Shown: positions 8,915 to 18,301, numbered from the stretch's first letter. The stretch: 23,408 nt of DNA from Cyanobacteria bacterium J06626_4 (GCA_038523235.1 JBCBJQ010000094.1:1-23408); one strand, 5' to 3'. Made by a program: numbers and translations. Notes: generated by a model from the letters alone, not told the origin.

Positions 8915-9102
8915 CTGCCCCTCCTACGAGTCCCCGGGTGCTCTACCCAATGGATCCCTTGGCTAGTTGGCTGACCAATTTCTAAGCCATCGTGGGATCT
9001 TTCCCCAGAGTGCCACACCGTGCGTCGTTTACCGCAGCGGCCCCCTTGATCGGGCCACCCCGCCATGATTACGCGCCGCCAACGGAGAGACGGCGGTGGG
9101 GC

Positions 9103-10020
9103 TCAGTTCAAAGCCTCTGAGTGCTGTTTTTTCAGGTCATCAATCAAACTGGCGAGCTTGGCGCTGTCGGCCTGATAAACCTCACCACAAAAGTGGCAGG
9201 TCGCTTCTGCACCATCATCCTTTTCGATCATGTCTTGCAGCTCCTCAACGCCGAGCATCTTCAGCGCGCCCAGCATGCGATCGTAGGTACAGGGACAATA
9301 AAACCGAATCGACTGGCTCTCTGCTTCAGGCAGAATCTGCAGATCCAAATCACCCACCAGAGCTTCAAAAATCTCGGGCAGGGTTTGATTGCTACGCAGC
9401 TTAGGCGTAAAGTCTGCCAAGGCTGCCACCCGCGACTCTAACAGCGAAATCAGCGACTCATCGCGAGCGGCCTTGGGCATCACTTGCACCAAGAGCCCTC
9501 CCGACGCTTCGACACCATGCTCATCCACAAACACCCCCAGCACGAGGGCTGAGGGTGTCTGCTCCGAAGTGGCGAGATAATAGGTCAAGTCTTCGCCAAT
9601 TTCGCCCGAAATCAGCTCGACCGTGCTGGAGTAGGGTTGGCCATAGCCCACATCACGCACCACATAAAGATAGCCATTGCGCCCGATCGCCCCGCCCACG
9701 TTGAGCTTGCCACTGTCAGTGGGCGGCACCTCCACACTGGGGTCATCGACATAGCCTCGCACAGCGCCATCGAGCCCAGCATCGACCATGACACCGCCTA
9801 AAGGCCCATCGCCCTTGAGGCGCAGATTAATACGCGAACCCTCGCGCTTCATACTAGAGACCAAAAGCAAGCCGGCGGACATGGCTCGACCTAAGGCCGC
9901 CGTGCCGACATAGGTCAGGTTATGACGCTGACGGGCAGTTTCCACTAAATCAGTGGTAATCGTGCCGACAATCCGAATGCCGCCATCGGCAGCGGTTGCT
10001 CGAAGGAGTTGGTCTGCCAT
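9103..10020 (-). CDS. hslO: Hsp33 redox-regulated chaperone
   Basis: ALGR, GDGPLG, SGEIGEDLTYYL and SEQTPSA motifs; C-terminal zinc motif CPC...CHFC. Confidence 0.96.
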   Translation of the reverse strand: MADQLLRATAADGGIRIVGTITTDLVETARQRHNLTYVGTAALGRAMSAGLLLVSSMKREGSRINLRLKGDGPLGGVMVDAGLDGAVRGYVDDPSVEVPPTDSGKLNVGGAIGRNGYLYVVRDVGYGQPYSSTVELISGEIGEDLTYYLATSEQTPSALVLGVFVDEHGVEASGGLLVQVMPKAARDESLISLLESRVAALADFTPKLRSNQTLPEIFEALVGDLDLQILPEAESQSIRFYCPCTYDRMLGALKMLGVEELQDMIEKDDGAEATCHFCGEVYQADSAKLASLIDDLKKQHSEALN

Positions 10021-10241
10021 GCAAACGTCCTAATTTTGCTTCACGTTGAATTGATTAGTGCCATTGTAGGAACTTTTAGGCGCTCAATGGCAGCTGACCG
10101 CCCCCGAAATAACCGCCTCTAAACCAGCCGTTAGAGACTCTCCTCAGTGGCCGGATACCCTGCCTCATTTCGCAACTGAGGGGAATTAAGGGAGCAGCGG
10201 AAGATATTCTCTAAGAAACCAGTACTTGTCGAGACCCGAGC

Positions 10242-10484
10242 ATGATTACGCAAAAGGTGAGTTTGTGGGGCACTGCCCTAGGAGTCCATTTGCCCCCTGA
10301 CATTGCCCAACAGGTGGGGTTAGAAGAAGGCGCGATCATTTCGATCTGTGTCGAAGGCCATAACATCGTCTTGGCACCGGCGCACCCAAAATATACGCTG
10401 GATGAGTTGTTTAAAGCGGCTGGCCCCACCTCGCAAGCTGATGAGTGGCATTGGGGCCCAGCCATCGGGGAGGAACATTGGTAA
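10242..10484 (+). CDS. mazE: AbrB/MazE/SpoVT family antitoxin (degenerate DNA-binding N-terminus)
   Basis: Colinear with MazE: WG....V.LP, YTLDEL and C-terminal WG...GEE.W; overlaps the downstream toxin start. Confidence 0.85.
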   Translation: MITQKVSLWGTALGVHLPPDIAQQVGLEEGAIISICVEGHNIVLAPAHPKYTLDELFKAAGPTSQADEWHWGPAIGEEHW

Positions 10485-10822
10485 CGCTGGCCAACCGCAC
10501 GCCTGAACGGGGCGACATCATTCAACTACAGTTCGATCCTCAGGCCGATGGTGAAGCCGGCAAGTCGGGCCCGGCCCTGGTAATCTCCCCGCTGGTCTAC
10601 AATCGCATTTCAAAGCTACTGGTGGTTTGCCCGATCGCCAGTCGCCAGCAGGGGTGGCCCTTTGAGGTGCTATTGCCAGATTCGATGGAAACCTACGGCG
10701 TTGTTTTAGTCGATCAAATCCGTACAGTGGACTGTATCGCGCGTCAGGCCCAATTCATCGAACCCGCCAGCCCAGAATTAGTGCTAGAAGTCATCAGCCG
10801 TTTAGAGACCCTGGTGACCTAA
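10478..10822 (+). CDS. mazF: PemK/MazF family toxin homolog (catalytic residues substituted)
   Basis: RGDI...FDPQ, PALVISP..YN, CPI, GWPFEV and VLVDQIRTVD motifs. TTG start at 10478 with a GGGGAGGA RBS, overlapping the antitoxin TAA (10482-10484). Confidence 0.88.
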   Translation: MVTLANRTPERGDIIQLQFDPQADGEAGKSGPALVISPLVYNRISKLLVVCPIASRQQGWPFEVLLPDSMETYGVVLVDQIRTVDCIARQAQFIEPASPELVLEVISRLETLVT

Positions 10823-10965
10823 TCGACCGCCGCATAATTTTTCGTCCCAGCATCGTTACCAGAGGTGCAGGGGAACCAGGGAATCGGGACCAGTCAGACG
10901 GGATAGGGAGTGCTCGGCCAATGGCAGCCCCAGGTGAGACATGCAAAAAGTGACGGAGCCAGGAG

Positions 10966-12264
10966 ATGAGTGGGTTAGCAGCGGCCGCGATCGCTTTTGT
11001 ACAGCGGTATCAGCAACAATCGGTGGGGTTACTGCTCTACCAATCGGTGCTCGATACGCCAATCAGTCAAGCCTGGCTCAATTTGCTGGATGCCCTCTGC
11101 CGTGAGGACTCGGCCGAATGTTTAGTGGCCTACGGGCGTTGGTTTCGGGCGCTGGCCGCCCAGCAGCAAACCTGGCAAAGCCACCTGCTAGAGCAAATTT
11201 TACAGGCCGAAAATCCCTTCTCTCAGCAGGCGCAGCAGCGACCCGTACAAGAACTGCCCCCCGCACTCTTAGAGGCGGCGCAGAGTGATCTGCGCTGCCT
11301 GCAAACGATGTATACCTGCCAGAGCAGTCAACTAAGTCAATGGGTGCAAACGGTCTGTCAAGTGCCAGACGCACCGATTGTTTGGTATTTGGAAGATGAG
11401 CCCCTGGCAGATGTGTCGTTTGTCACCCTACCGGACTGGTCCGCCGGTCTAGTCGAGCTGGCAACCTATTACCAGCAGCGAGGCATCGGTCTGATCGGCC
11501 AATATCGCGTTTTTCGTTGGCAGGGTGCAGACTTGGTGGGGGTGCCCCATCCTGACCCCGTACAGCTGCGTGAGCTGGCCGCCTATGACCAGCCGCGCCA
11601 GCAGCTGGTGCAAAATACGGAATTCCTCCTTCAGGGTTCGACAGCGCTGCACGTGTTGCTCTATGGCAGTCGGGGCTCGGGCAAGTCGTCACTGGTCAAG
11701 TCCTTGGTCAACGCCTATGGCGATCGCGGGCTGCGTCTGATCCAGGTCGATAAAACCGAAATGGAGCATCTGCCCACCATCGTGGAACGGGTGCGCGATC
11801 GCCCCCAAAAGTTCATCATTTTTGTCGATGATCTCTCCTTTGAGGACGACGATGATGCCTTTAAGGCATTGAAAGTAGTGCTAGAGGGCAACGTCACGGC
11901 CCGCGCCCAAAATGTCGTGGTGTATGCCACCTCTAACCGCCGCCACTTAGTGCGAGAGTACTTTGCCGATCGCCCGCGCCCTCAAGACCAAGACGATATT
12001 CAGGCCTGGGACACGATGCAGGAAAAACTGTCCTTTAGCGATCGCTTTGGCCTCACCCTGACCTTTGAAGCCCCCGATCAAAAAACCTACCTGGCGATTG
12101 TGCGGCACTTGGCCGCGATCGCTCAGCTCGCGATCGCCGATGAGACTTTAGAGCAGCGCGCCCTGCAGTGGGCCACCCGCCACAATGGTCGTTCTGGCCG
12201 CACGGCCCGTCAGTTCATCGATTTTCTGACCGCTGAACTGTCTGGCGCGATAAGTCATCCTTAG
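10966..12264 (+). CDS. DUF815 family AAA+ ATPase
   Basis: Walker A GSRGSGKSS, Walker B IIFVDDLSFE, YATSNRRHL, EKLSFSDRFG and GRSGRTARQF; GGAG upstream of the ATG. Confidence 0.92.
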   Translation: MSGLAAAAIAFVQRYQQQSVGLLLYQSVLDTPISQAWLNLLDALCREDSAECLVAYGRWFRALAAQQQTWQSHLLEQILQAENPFSQQAQQRPVQELPPALLEAAQSDLRCLQTMYTCQSSQLSQWVQTVCQVPDAPIVWYLEDEPLADVSFVTLPDWSAGLVELATYYQQRGIGLIGQYRVFRWQGADLVGVPHPDPVQLRELAAYDQPRQQLVQNTEFLLQGSTALHVLLYGSRGSGKSSLVKSLVNAYGDRGLRLIQVDKTEMEHLPTIVERVRDRPQKFIIFVDDLSFEDDDDAFKALKVVLEGNVTARAQNVVVYATSNRRHLVREYFADRPRPQDQDDIQAWDTMQEKLSFSDRFGLTLTFEAPDQKTYLAIVRHLAAIAQLAIADETLEQRALQWATRHNGRSGRTARQFIDFLTAELSGAISHP

Positions 12265-12370
12265 AGTGAATGCTGAGGAATTCGACGCCTTATGCCCTTG
12301 GGCAAGCTGGGCAAATCTGATGTAGCTCCCCTGCCCTTCGATTCCCCCTGCATTGCCAAGGCGCAACACT

Positions 12371-14749
12371 CTATTCTTCACTGTTGCCAGTGGGGGCCGG
12401 AGCCGGAGCTGGAGCCGGCGGCGGCGGGGGAATAGGAGGAGCCGGTTGAGGCGCGGGAGCCGGTTCCGGCGCGGGAGCGGGGGCCGGTTCAGGGGCGGTA
12501 ACCGGGTCGGGAGTGACCGGTGCCGGAAAGGGATCTGGATCTGGGGTCGGGGCCGGTTCCGGGGCCGGAGCCGGGTCAGCGTCCCCACCATCCGAAAAGT
12601 CGCCCGAAGAGCCGCTGATAGGTTCAGTCTCATCAGCACCGCTGCTAGCCGCTGACTCTTCACCTTCGGAGGCATCATCCGCGCCGGAGTCAACGGCTTC
12701 TTCCGCTTCGTCTTCGTTTTCAGAGGCGGTGGAGGCCACGACCTTGCCCGGTTTTACCGGTTCGGCCTCAATACTGCCTTTACGACCAGCCAGCTGGGGT
12801 AGCGGAGGAAAGTCTTCTTCGGGAATGTCATCCAGCAGTTGAGAAACAAACCGGCTCCAAGTGGCCGCTGCCGAACTGCTGACGCCCCAAGTGCGGCTGT
12901 TATCGTCGTTCCCCAGCCAAACCCCAACGGCTAACTGTGGCATATAGCCGACAAACCACAGGTCGCGATCGTTTTCCGACGTGCCCGTTTTACCCGCGAC
13001 GGGGCGACCCACACTGGCACGGCCACCAGTACCACCTTCAACCACACCGCGCAGCATCCAGGTCATGATGGCCGCGGTGGTCTCGTCGACAGCTTGAGTG
13101 GGGGTATTGTCAATCTCGTAAATCACGGCTCCAGAGCTATCAAGCACTCGGCGGATGCCGTGAACTGGGTGATGCCGACCCTCGCGGGCCAGGGTGCCGT
13201 AGGCACTCGTTAGCTCTAGCAGGGTGACTTCAGAAGCGCCCAGCGCCATCGAATACGTTGGCAGCATCTCTGATTCGATGCCCATGCGCTGCGCCATCGC
13301 AATCACCGGCTCAAAGCCCACATCAATTAATACTTTGATCGCCACGATGTTGATGGAAGACGTCAACGCCCTGCGCATCGAAACATCGCCACTAAAGCGA
13401 CCGCCGTAGTTTTTGGGTTCGTAGCCATCGACGACAAACTTAGCATCGGTATAGCTTTTATAGGGCGAAAAGCCCGCCGCGATCGCCGTTGTATAGACAA
13501 AGGTTTTAAAGGTTGAGCCTGGCTGCCGCAGCGCTTGGGTCGCCCGGTTAAACTGACTGTCGTTAAAGTCAGTGCCGCCCACGATCGCTTTGATTTCACC
13601 ATTACGCGGGTCGACCGCGACTAGCGAAGCCTGACTAAACCGCTGGCGGTTGCCCACCGTCGCCACCGTATCGTTGATTGTCTCCTGGGCTTTGCGCTGC
13701 CAGTCGGTGTTCAAGGTGGTCTCAACCACTAAACCGCCTGCTTCTATGACTTCCGGCGGCAAAATTTCGCTGAGCTGCTTCTGAATATAGATCGTGAAGT
13801 ACGGGAACTCGCTGTAGAGAAACTTCGGCTCATTGGGCGTCGTGGCCACCTCAGTCGCCACCGCCTGATCAGCCTGAGCCTGGGTGATTTTGCCGTTGGC
13901 TAACATGCGGCGAATGACGATGTTGCGCTGAGTTTCAGCGGCCTCGGGGTCAACCAGCGGCGAATAGGCGCTGGGGGCGGGGGCCATCCCCGCAATCAGG
14001 GCCGCTTCTGACACCGTTAAGTCACTAACCGGCTTGCCAAAATAGATCCAGGCAGCATCGGCAACCCCGTAAGCACCGGCCCCGAGGTAGACCAGATTCA
14101 GATAGCGCTCAAGAATTTCCGATTTACTGTATTCATCCTCAATTTTGAGGGCCAACAGCGCTTCTCTCGCCTTGCGCTGAAAGCTGCGTTCTTGATCTAA
14201 GAAGGCAATTCTGGCCAGCTGCTGCGTGATCGTACTCGCCCCTTCAACGAGGCTGCGTTCCCGCACGTTCGCCAACACCGCCCGGCCAATGCCCTGGTAG
14301 TCGAGACCATTGTGTTCATAGAAGCGGCGATCTTCTGAGGCGATAAACGCCGCAATCAGCGTTTCAGGCATTTCTTCATAGGCCAGCTTTTGACGAGTCG
14401 CCGGCCCAATCTTTTGCAAGACCACATCATCAGCAGACTTGAGCGTGATCGTTCCCTGACGCTCAAACGTCTTCAGGTTGCTAATCGCTGGCAAGTCAGC
14501 TTCCGTCGTCTGCCAAATCCGATAGCCACGAGTCAGCCCCGTTGTGCTCAAAGCGCCGAGAGCGACCATGCTCCAAAACAACGGGCGATAATAGAGCGGC
14601 CGCCGATAGTAGGTCGGTCGCGGCGGCGCGGCGGAAGTTGGGGACGACGACGGGTTAGCCGCAGCAGGCGTCGCGGGGCGTCGGGGTCGCCGCACCGAGG
14701 GTGAACCAGCGAATAGATTTTTGAGTCGTCTCACAAAGGTATTTGCCAC
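12371..14749 (-). CDS. Class A penicillin-binding protein (PBP1A family transglycosylase/transpeptidase)
   Basis: N-terminal TM segment; TG motifs EDRRFYEHNG, GASTITQQL, RKAREA; TP motifs STFK, SIN, KTG; acidic and Pro-rich C-terminal tail. Confidence 0.95.
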   Translation of the reverse strand: MANTFVRRLKNLFAGSPSVRRPRRPATPAAANPSSSPTSAAPPRPTYYRRPLYYRPLFWSMVALGALSTTGLTRGYRIWQTTEADLPAISNLKTFERQGTITLKSADDVVLQKIGPATRQKLAYEEMPETLIAAFIASEDRRFYEHNGLDYQGIGRAVLANVRERSLVEGASTITQQLARIAFLDQERSFQRKAREALLALKIEDEYSKSEILERYLNLVYLGAGAYGVADAAWIYFGKPVSDLTVSEAALIAGMAPAPSAYSPLVDPEAAETQRNIVIRRMLANGKITQAQADQAVATEVATTPNEPKFLYSEFPYFTIYIQKQLSEILPPEVIEAGGLVVETTLNTDWQRKAQETINDTVATVGNRQRFSQASLVAVDPRNGEIKAIVGGTDFNDSQFNRATQALRQPGSTFKTFVYTTAIAAGFSPYKSYTDAKFVVDGYEPKNYGGRFSGDVSMRRALTSSINIVAIKVLIDVGFEPVIAMAQRMGIESEMLPTYSMALGASEVTLLELTSAYGTLAREGRHHPVHGIRRVLDSSGAVIYEIDNTPTQAVDETTAAIMTWMLRGVVEGGTGGRASVGRPVAGKTGTSENDRDLWFVGYMPQLAVGVWLGNDDNSRTWGVSSSAAATWSRFVSQLLDDIPEEDFPPLPQLAGRKGSIEAEPVKPGKVVASTASENEDEAEEAVDSGADDASEGEESAASSGADETEPISGSSGDFSDGGDADPAPAPEPAPTPDPDPFPAPVTPDPVTAPEPAPAPAPEPAPAPQPAPPIPPPPPAPAPAPAPTGNSEE
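12390..12580 (-). repeat. Low-complexity Pro/Ala/Glu coding repeat (PAPAPEP)n in the PBP tail
   Basis: Repeated GGAGCCGG/GCCGGTTCCGG units encoding DPAPAPEPAPTPDPDP...PAPAPAP; bounds approximate. Confidence 0.85.
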
Positions 14750-14863
14750 AGCTCACCTTATCCTCTCGCCCACTTTGATCTCACGAATCGATGCGCTTAC
14801 CTGAGCTAACTCTATACCAGAGACTATGCCCTCAAGGCAAAGTCCCGACCTTTTGCCACTGAT

Positions 14864-15913
14864 TCAGACCAGGGCAGAATGCCCCAAGGCCAAGGCCGCC
14901 ACCAACATGCCTAAGACCAAAAAGGGTTGGGCACTGGCCTGATATTTCACATCATTTTTCAGCGGATCGCGCAGAAAATACATGTCTTGAAAGGTGATTT
15001 GCGGAATGATCAGCAGCACCAGCAGCACCGCATAGAGATTTTGGTGAATCGCCATCAGGTAAGCCGCGATGCCCCCTTGAAAGATGTCAATCATCAACAC
15101 ACAAATCCAGGCGGCGGTACCGATGCCAAACATCACCGGCAAAGACTTGAGCCCCAGCTGGCGATCGCCCTCCACGCTCTTGAAGTCATTCACAATGGCA
15201 ATCCCCAAACCCGCCAAACTGTAAAACAGGGTTAGCAGCACAATGGTGAGATTCAGCTCGCCAAACAGGGCGTGACCGGCCCACCAGGGCAGCGCAATAT
15301 AGCTGGCCCCCAGCGCGTAGTTGCCCAGCCAGCCGTTTTGCTTCAGCTTCAAAGGCGGAGCCGAATAGATATAGGCCAGCAGCGAACCACCGAGCGTCAG
15401 CGCTGTAATGGTGGGAAAATCGTGGCCGGCCCACTGGTCGAGGGCATAGGCCACTCCGATACCCGCCACCAGCAGCAAGACAAACTGCGTGATGACCTGA
15501 GGAATCGAAATCGCCCCCGACGGAATCGGGCGATAGGGCTCGTTAATCGCGTCAATTTCGCGATCATAAAAGTCGTTGAGAGTTTGGGTATAGCCGGTCA
15601 GCAGCGGCCCCGACAGCAGCATACAGGCCGCCGACAGCAACACATATTCCAAGCTCCACACAAACTGCCCCGACGAAGCTGCCCCACAGACGACTCCCCA
15701 AATCAGGGGAATCCAGGTGATCGGCTTCATCAACTGCAGGCGAATCTTCCATATCGAGGTTTCACCCGCTTCGGCCCCTTTCATGCCGAGCAGTTGCCGC
15801 GCCTTGCCGCTCTTAGTACCGGCAGCGGTGGGAGTCACATTTGCGGTGGCCTCGGTGGGAGCCGCGTCTGAGGGTTGATCAGGGGGTGAAACGTCTGAAA
15901 TTTGATCAGTCAT
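14864..15913 (-). CDS. chlG: Chlorophyll synthase
   Basis: RQLLGMKGA, WKIRLQLMKPITWIPLIWG, NDFYDREIDAINEPYRPIPSG and NDVKYQASAQPF. Confidence 0.97.
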   Translation of the reverse strand: MTDQISDVSPPDQPSDAAPTEATANVTPTAAGTKSGKARQLLGMKGAEAGETSIWKIRLQLMKPITWIPLIWGVVCGAASSGQFVWSLEYVLLSAACMLLSGPLLTGYTQTLNDFYDREIDAINEPYRPIPSGAISIPQVITQFVLLLVAGIGVAYALDQWAGHDFPTITALTLGGSLLAYIYSAPPLKLKQNGWLGNYALGASYIALPWWAGHALFGELNLTIVLLTLFYSLAGLGIAIVNDFKSVEGDRQLGLKSLPVMFGIGTAAWICVLMIDIFQGGIAAYLMAIHQNLYAVLLVLLIIPQITFQDMYFLRDPLKNDVKYQASAQPFLVLGMLVAALALGHSALV

Positions 15914-16049
15914 GAGCGTTATCTAAGGGTGTACCAGCGTCTCAGCAAGCCCAACGGGCTTTTTATTATGCAGGCTTAGCTCAGGTGTAGATGTAATGCT
16001 AACGACCAGCCAGAGGCAACTCGTCAGAAAACTCACCCGCACCCTATAC

Positions 16050-17147
16050 CTAAAAGGACAAAATGAGCGCGTCTTCCTGAAATTTAGCGCCTTTAATCGA
16101 GCGATTTTTCAGCGTCGCTGGCAGCATCAGATTACGTCGCTGATCGCCAGCAGTAATGGTGACCTCAGGGCCATATTGGGTCAAGTTGATGTCAGCCTTA
16201 GTGAAACCAGGCAAAAATAGCCGTACCTGCTGCGCCGCCTCATCGATGATCACGGGCGCGGGGGCGGTTTGCACCACCGCACTGAGACTCGGCAAAGCCG
16301 CCATCAGCGGTTGCCAGTCATCACCGGTGAGCCCCGGCAAGCGCTGCAGCGAGAGGGGAGCAAAGGCTTGATCGGCAACCCCAGACCCAGCAGTGTCGTA
16401 AGCGATCGCCCCGCCCACAGTGAGGCCAATCTGCTGGGAGCTGCCCCATAGATAACGAGCCGTGTCCACATCCACCGCGTCATCAGTCACCACCAAAAAG
16501 CCCAGCAGCTGTTGGGCTGACTGCACGACTCGCCGGCCCGCCTCTAAAAAGCTCCGGGCCTGCTGCACTGGCTGATCGAGCGAAGCCGTGCCCCCACTCA
16601 GATTGAGCACCGAGCCCGCGATCGGCTGAATAAAGGGCGCCAGCGTTTGTGCCAGTTGCGACTCGGCCAATACTTTTTGAAAACGGCGAATATACCAGTC
16701 GAGCTGCTCCGGCAGCCCCCACATGCGCAAAGCGGCCTGGCTAGACAGCCCATCAAAGACGAGATAGTCGTAGTTGCCACTATCGTAAAATCCGCGCATG
16801 GCATCCAGGGTAAGGGCATCGGCCATCCCCGGCAAAATCACCAGCTCTTCACCAAATACCTGCTTCAGCAAGGGATCGCGCAAATATTGGGCTTCGATCC
16901 CCTTGACGACGTCCCAGCTGTTTTCCAGCAGGGTAGTCGCCTGCAGCTGCAGCGTCCAGAGGTTGGCTCCCGCCGGTTGGATCTCAGTAGCCAGAGGCCT
17001 ACCCCACAAGGTGCCGGGCAATGGCCCGCTGTCTTGCGTCAGCCATAGCACCCGCGCCCCCTGTTGAGCCAGTTGACGCGCAAACGCCACTGACGCGATC
17101 GCGCAGGCAGTCCGAGATTGCCCGAGAAAAGTCAGAATTTGCGGCAC
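16050..17147 (-). CDS. ArsA/Get3 family protein of the cyanobacterial Get3d type with C-terminal alpha-crystallin-like domain
   Basis: ILTFLG N-terminus, EAQYLR.P, ELVILPGM, YDYLVFDG, LRMWGLPE.L.WY; C-terminal VRLFLPGF...LTQYGPEVTITAGDQRRNL. GTG start. Confidence 0.9.
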   Translation of the reverse strand: MPQILTFLGQSRTACAIASVAFARQLAQQGARVLWLTQDSGPLPGTLWGRPLATEIQPAGANLWTLQLQATTLLENSWDVVKGIEAQYLRDPLLKQVFGEELVILPGMADALTLDAMRGFYDSGNYDYLVFDGLSSQAALRMWGLPEQLDWYIRRFQKVLAESQLAQTLAPFIQPIAGSVLNLSGGTASLDQPVQQARSFLEAGRRVVQSAQQLLGFLVVTDDAVDVDTARYLWGSSQQIGLTVGGAIAYDTAGSGVADQAFAPLSLQRLPGLTGDDWQPLMAALPSLSAVVQTAPAPVIIDEAAQQVRLFLPGFTKADINLTQYGPEVTITAGDQRRNLMLPATLKNRSIKGAKFQEDALILSF

Positions 17148-17168
17148 AGATCTTCTCTAAAGTCCTCT

Positions 17169-17369
17169 TTACGCTGGCGACAGTTCATCTTCGAAGAACC
17201 AAGTGGAATAGTTATCATCGTCAAACTCAACGACAACACCCACGCCACTGCCATCCACCATTTTAAATTGACTGATCACGCCCGATTTGCCCAATCGAGT
17301 GGTCACGTCGCGAGATACGCGATCGCGCAAGCGGGCAACTTTCACCTTTTGTCCGATTTCTAAGGCCAT
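17169..17369 (-). CDS. petP: Cytochrome b6f-associated SH3-like subunit PetP (DUF2862)
   Basis: EIGQKVKV.RLRDRV...G.I..FKMVDGSGVGVVVEFDD...TWFFEDEL; ATG 17369 preferred over the GTG at 17429. Confidence 0.88.
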   Translation of the reverse strand: MALEIGQKVKVARLRDRVSRDVTTRLGKSGVISQFKMVDGSGVGVVVEFDDDNYSTWFFEDELSPA

Positions 17370-17521
17370 GCCTAACCTAACTACCTGAAATTTTGAACTG
17401 CTCAACAACGGTTTCGTTACATAAACCACCCCACAGTTTATCAGCGTCTTGCGTCATCCTGGTCTATGGTGAATAGCGAAAATCAATCAGCACCTGCCGA
17501 AGGTGTGTAAGGTGAGCGGCC

Positions 17522-18301
17522 ATGCTGGCAAAGCGTATTCTGCCCTGCTTAGATGTCAACGCGGGACGCGTTGTGAAGGGCGTCAATTTTGTTGATCTGC
17601 GCGATGCCGGCGATCCGGTTGAGCTGGCTCAGGCTTATAACGAAGCTGGGGCCGATGAGCTGGTCTTTTTAGACATCACCGCCACCCACGAAGATCGCGG
17701 CATCTTGCTTGATGTGGTGTATCGCACGGCTGATCAGGTCTTTATTCCCCTCACGGTGGGCGGCGGTATCAGCACAGTCGATCACATCAAACAGCTGCTG
17801 CGGGCCGGGGCCGACAAAGTCAGCATCAACTCCGCCGCCGTGCGACAGCCTGACTTAATTGATCGAGCCAGCGATCGCTTTGGTAACCAGTGCATTGTGG
17901 TGGCGATCGATGCGCGTCAACGCGACACCCCTGACAACCCTGGCTGGGATGTTTACGTGCGGGGGGGGCGCGAAAATACGGGACTGGATGCGGTAGCTTG
18001 GGCACAAGATGTGGTGCGGCGTGGGGCAGGTGAACTGCTCGTCACCAGCATGGATGCCGATGGCACGCAGGCGGGCTATGATTTGCCCCTGACGCAGGCG
18101 ATCGCCAATCGGGTATCGGTGCCGGTGATTGCGTCTGGGGGCGCGGGCAACTGCCACCATATCTATGAGGCCTTGACCACGGGTAAGGCTGAAGCCGCTT
18201 TATTGGCATCGCTCTTGCACTATGGCCAGCTCACCGTCGCCGAAATCAAAGACTATCTGGCAAGTCATCAAATCACAACAAGAAAGGCCGTCCAAATGTG
18301 A
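17522..18301 (+). CDS. hisF: Imidazole glycerol phosphate synthase cyclase subunit
   Basis: [46 protein letters not shown] and VIASGGAG. Confidence 0.98.
   Translation: MLAKRILPCLDVNAGRVVKGVNFVDLRDAGDPVELAQAYNEAGADELVFLDITATHEDRGILLDVVYRTADQVFIPLTVGGGISTVDHIKQLLRAGADKVSINSAAVRQPDLIDRASDRFGNQCIVVAIDARQRDTPDNPGWDVYVRGGRENTGLDAVAWAQDVVRRGAGELLVTSMDADGTQAGYDLPLTQAIANRVSVPVIASGGAGNCHHIYEALTTGKAEAALLASLLHYGQLTVAEIKDYLASHQITTRKAVQM

Noticed and set aside
10059..10181. Inverted repeats TGCCATTG/CAATGGCA, CTCTAA/TTAGAG and CCTCAGT/ACTGAGG between hslO and mazE
   Set aside because: Short stems with long loops; no CIRCE match or flanking duplication, so no function can be supported.
10850..10940. Faint SAM-I-like words (AGAGGTGCAGGG) upstream of the DUF815 gene
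   Set aside because: No ATC/GAT P1 helix, no GCAACC/GTGC core, and the gene context is unrelated.
12148..12842. Arg/Gly/Pro-rich alternative ORFs (12148..12693, 12353..12655, 12513..12842)
   Set aside because: Shadow frames of the GC-rich PBP tail repeat.
15272..15871. 199-aa antisense ORF within chlG and similar nested ORFs throughout the window
   Set aside because: Antisense or alternate-frame shadows of high-GC genes with no motifs.
17416..17423. GTTACATA upstream of petP
   Set aside because: Only one HLR1 half-site, with no partner at 10-bp spacing.
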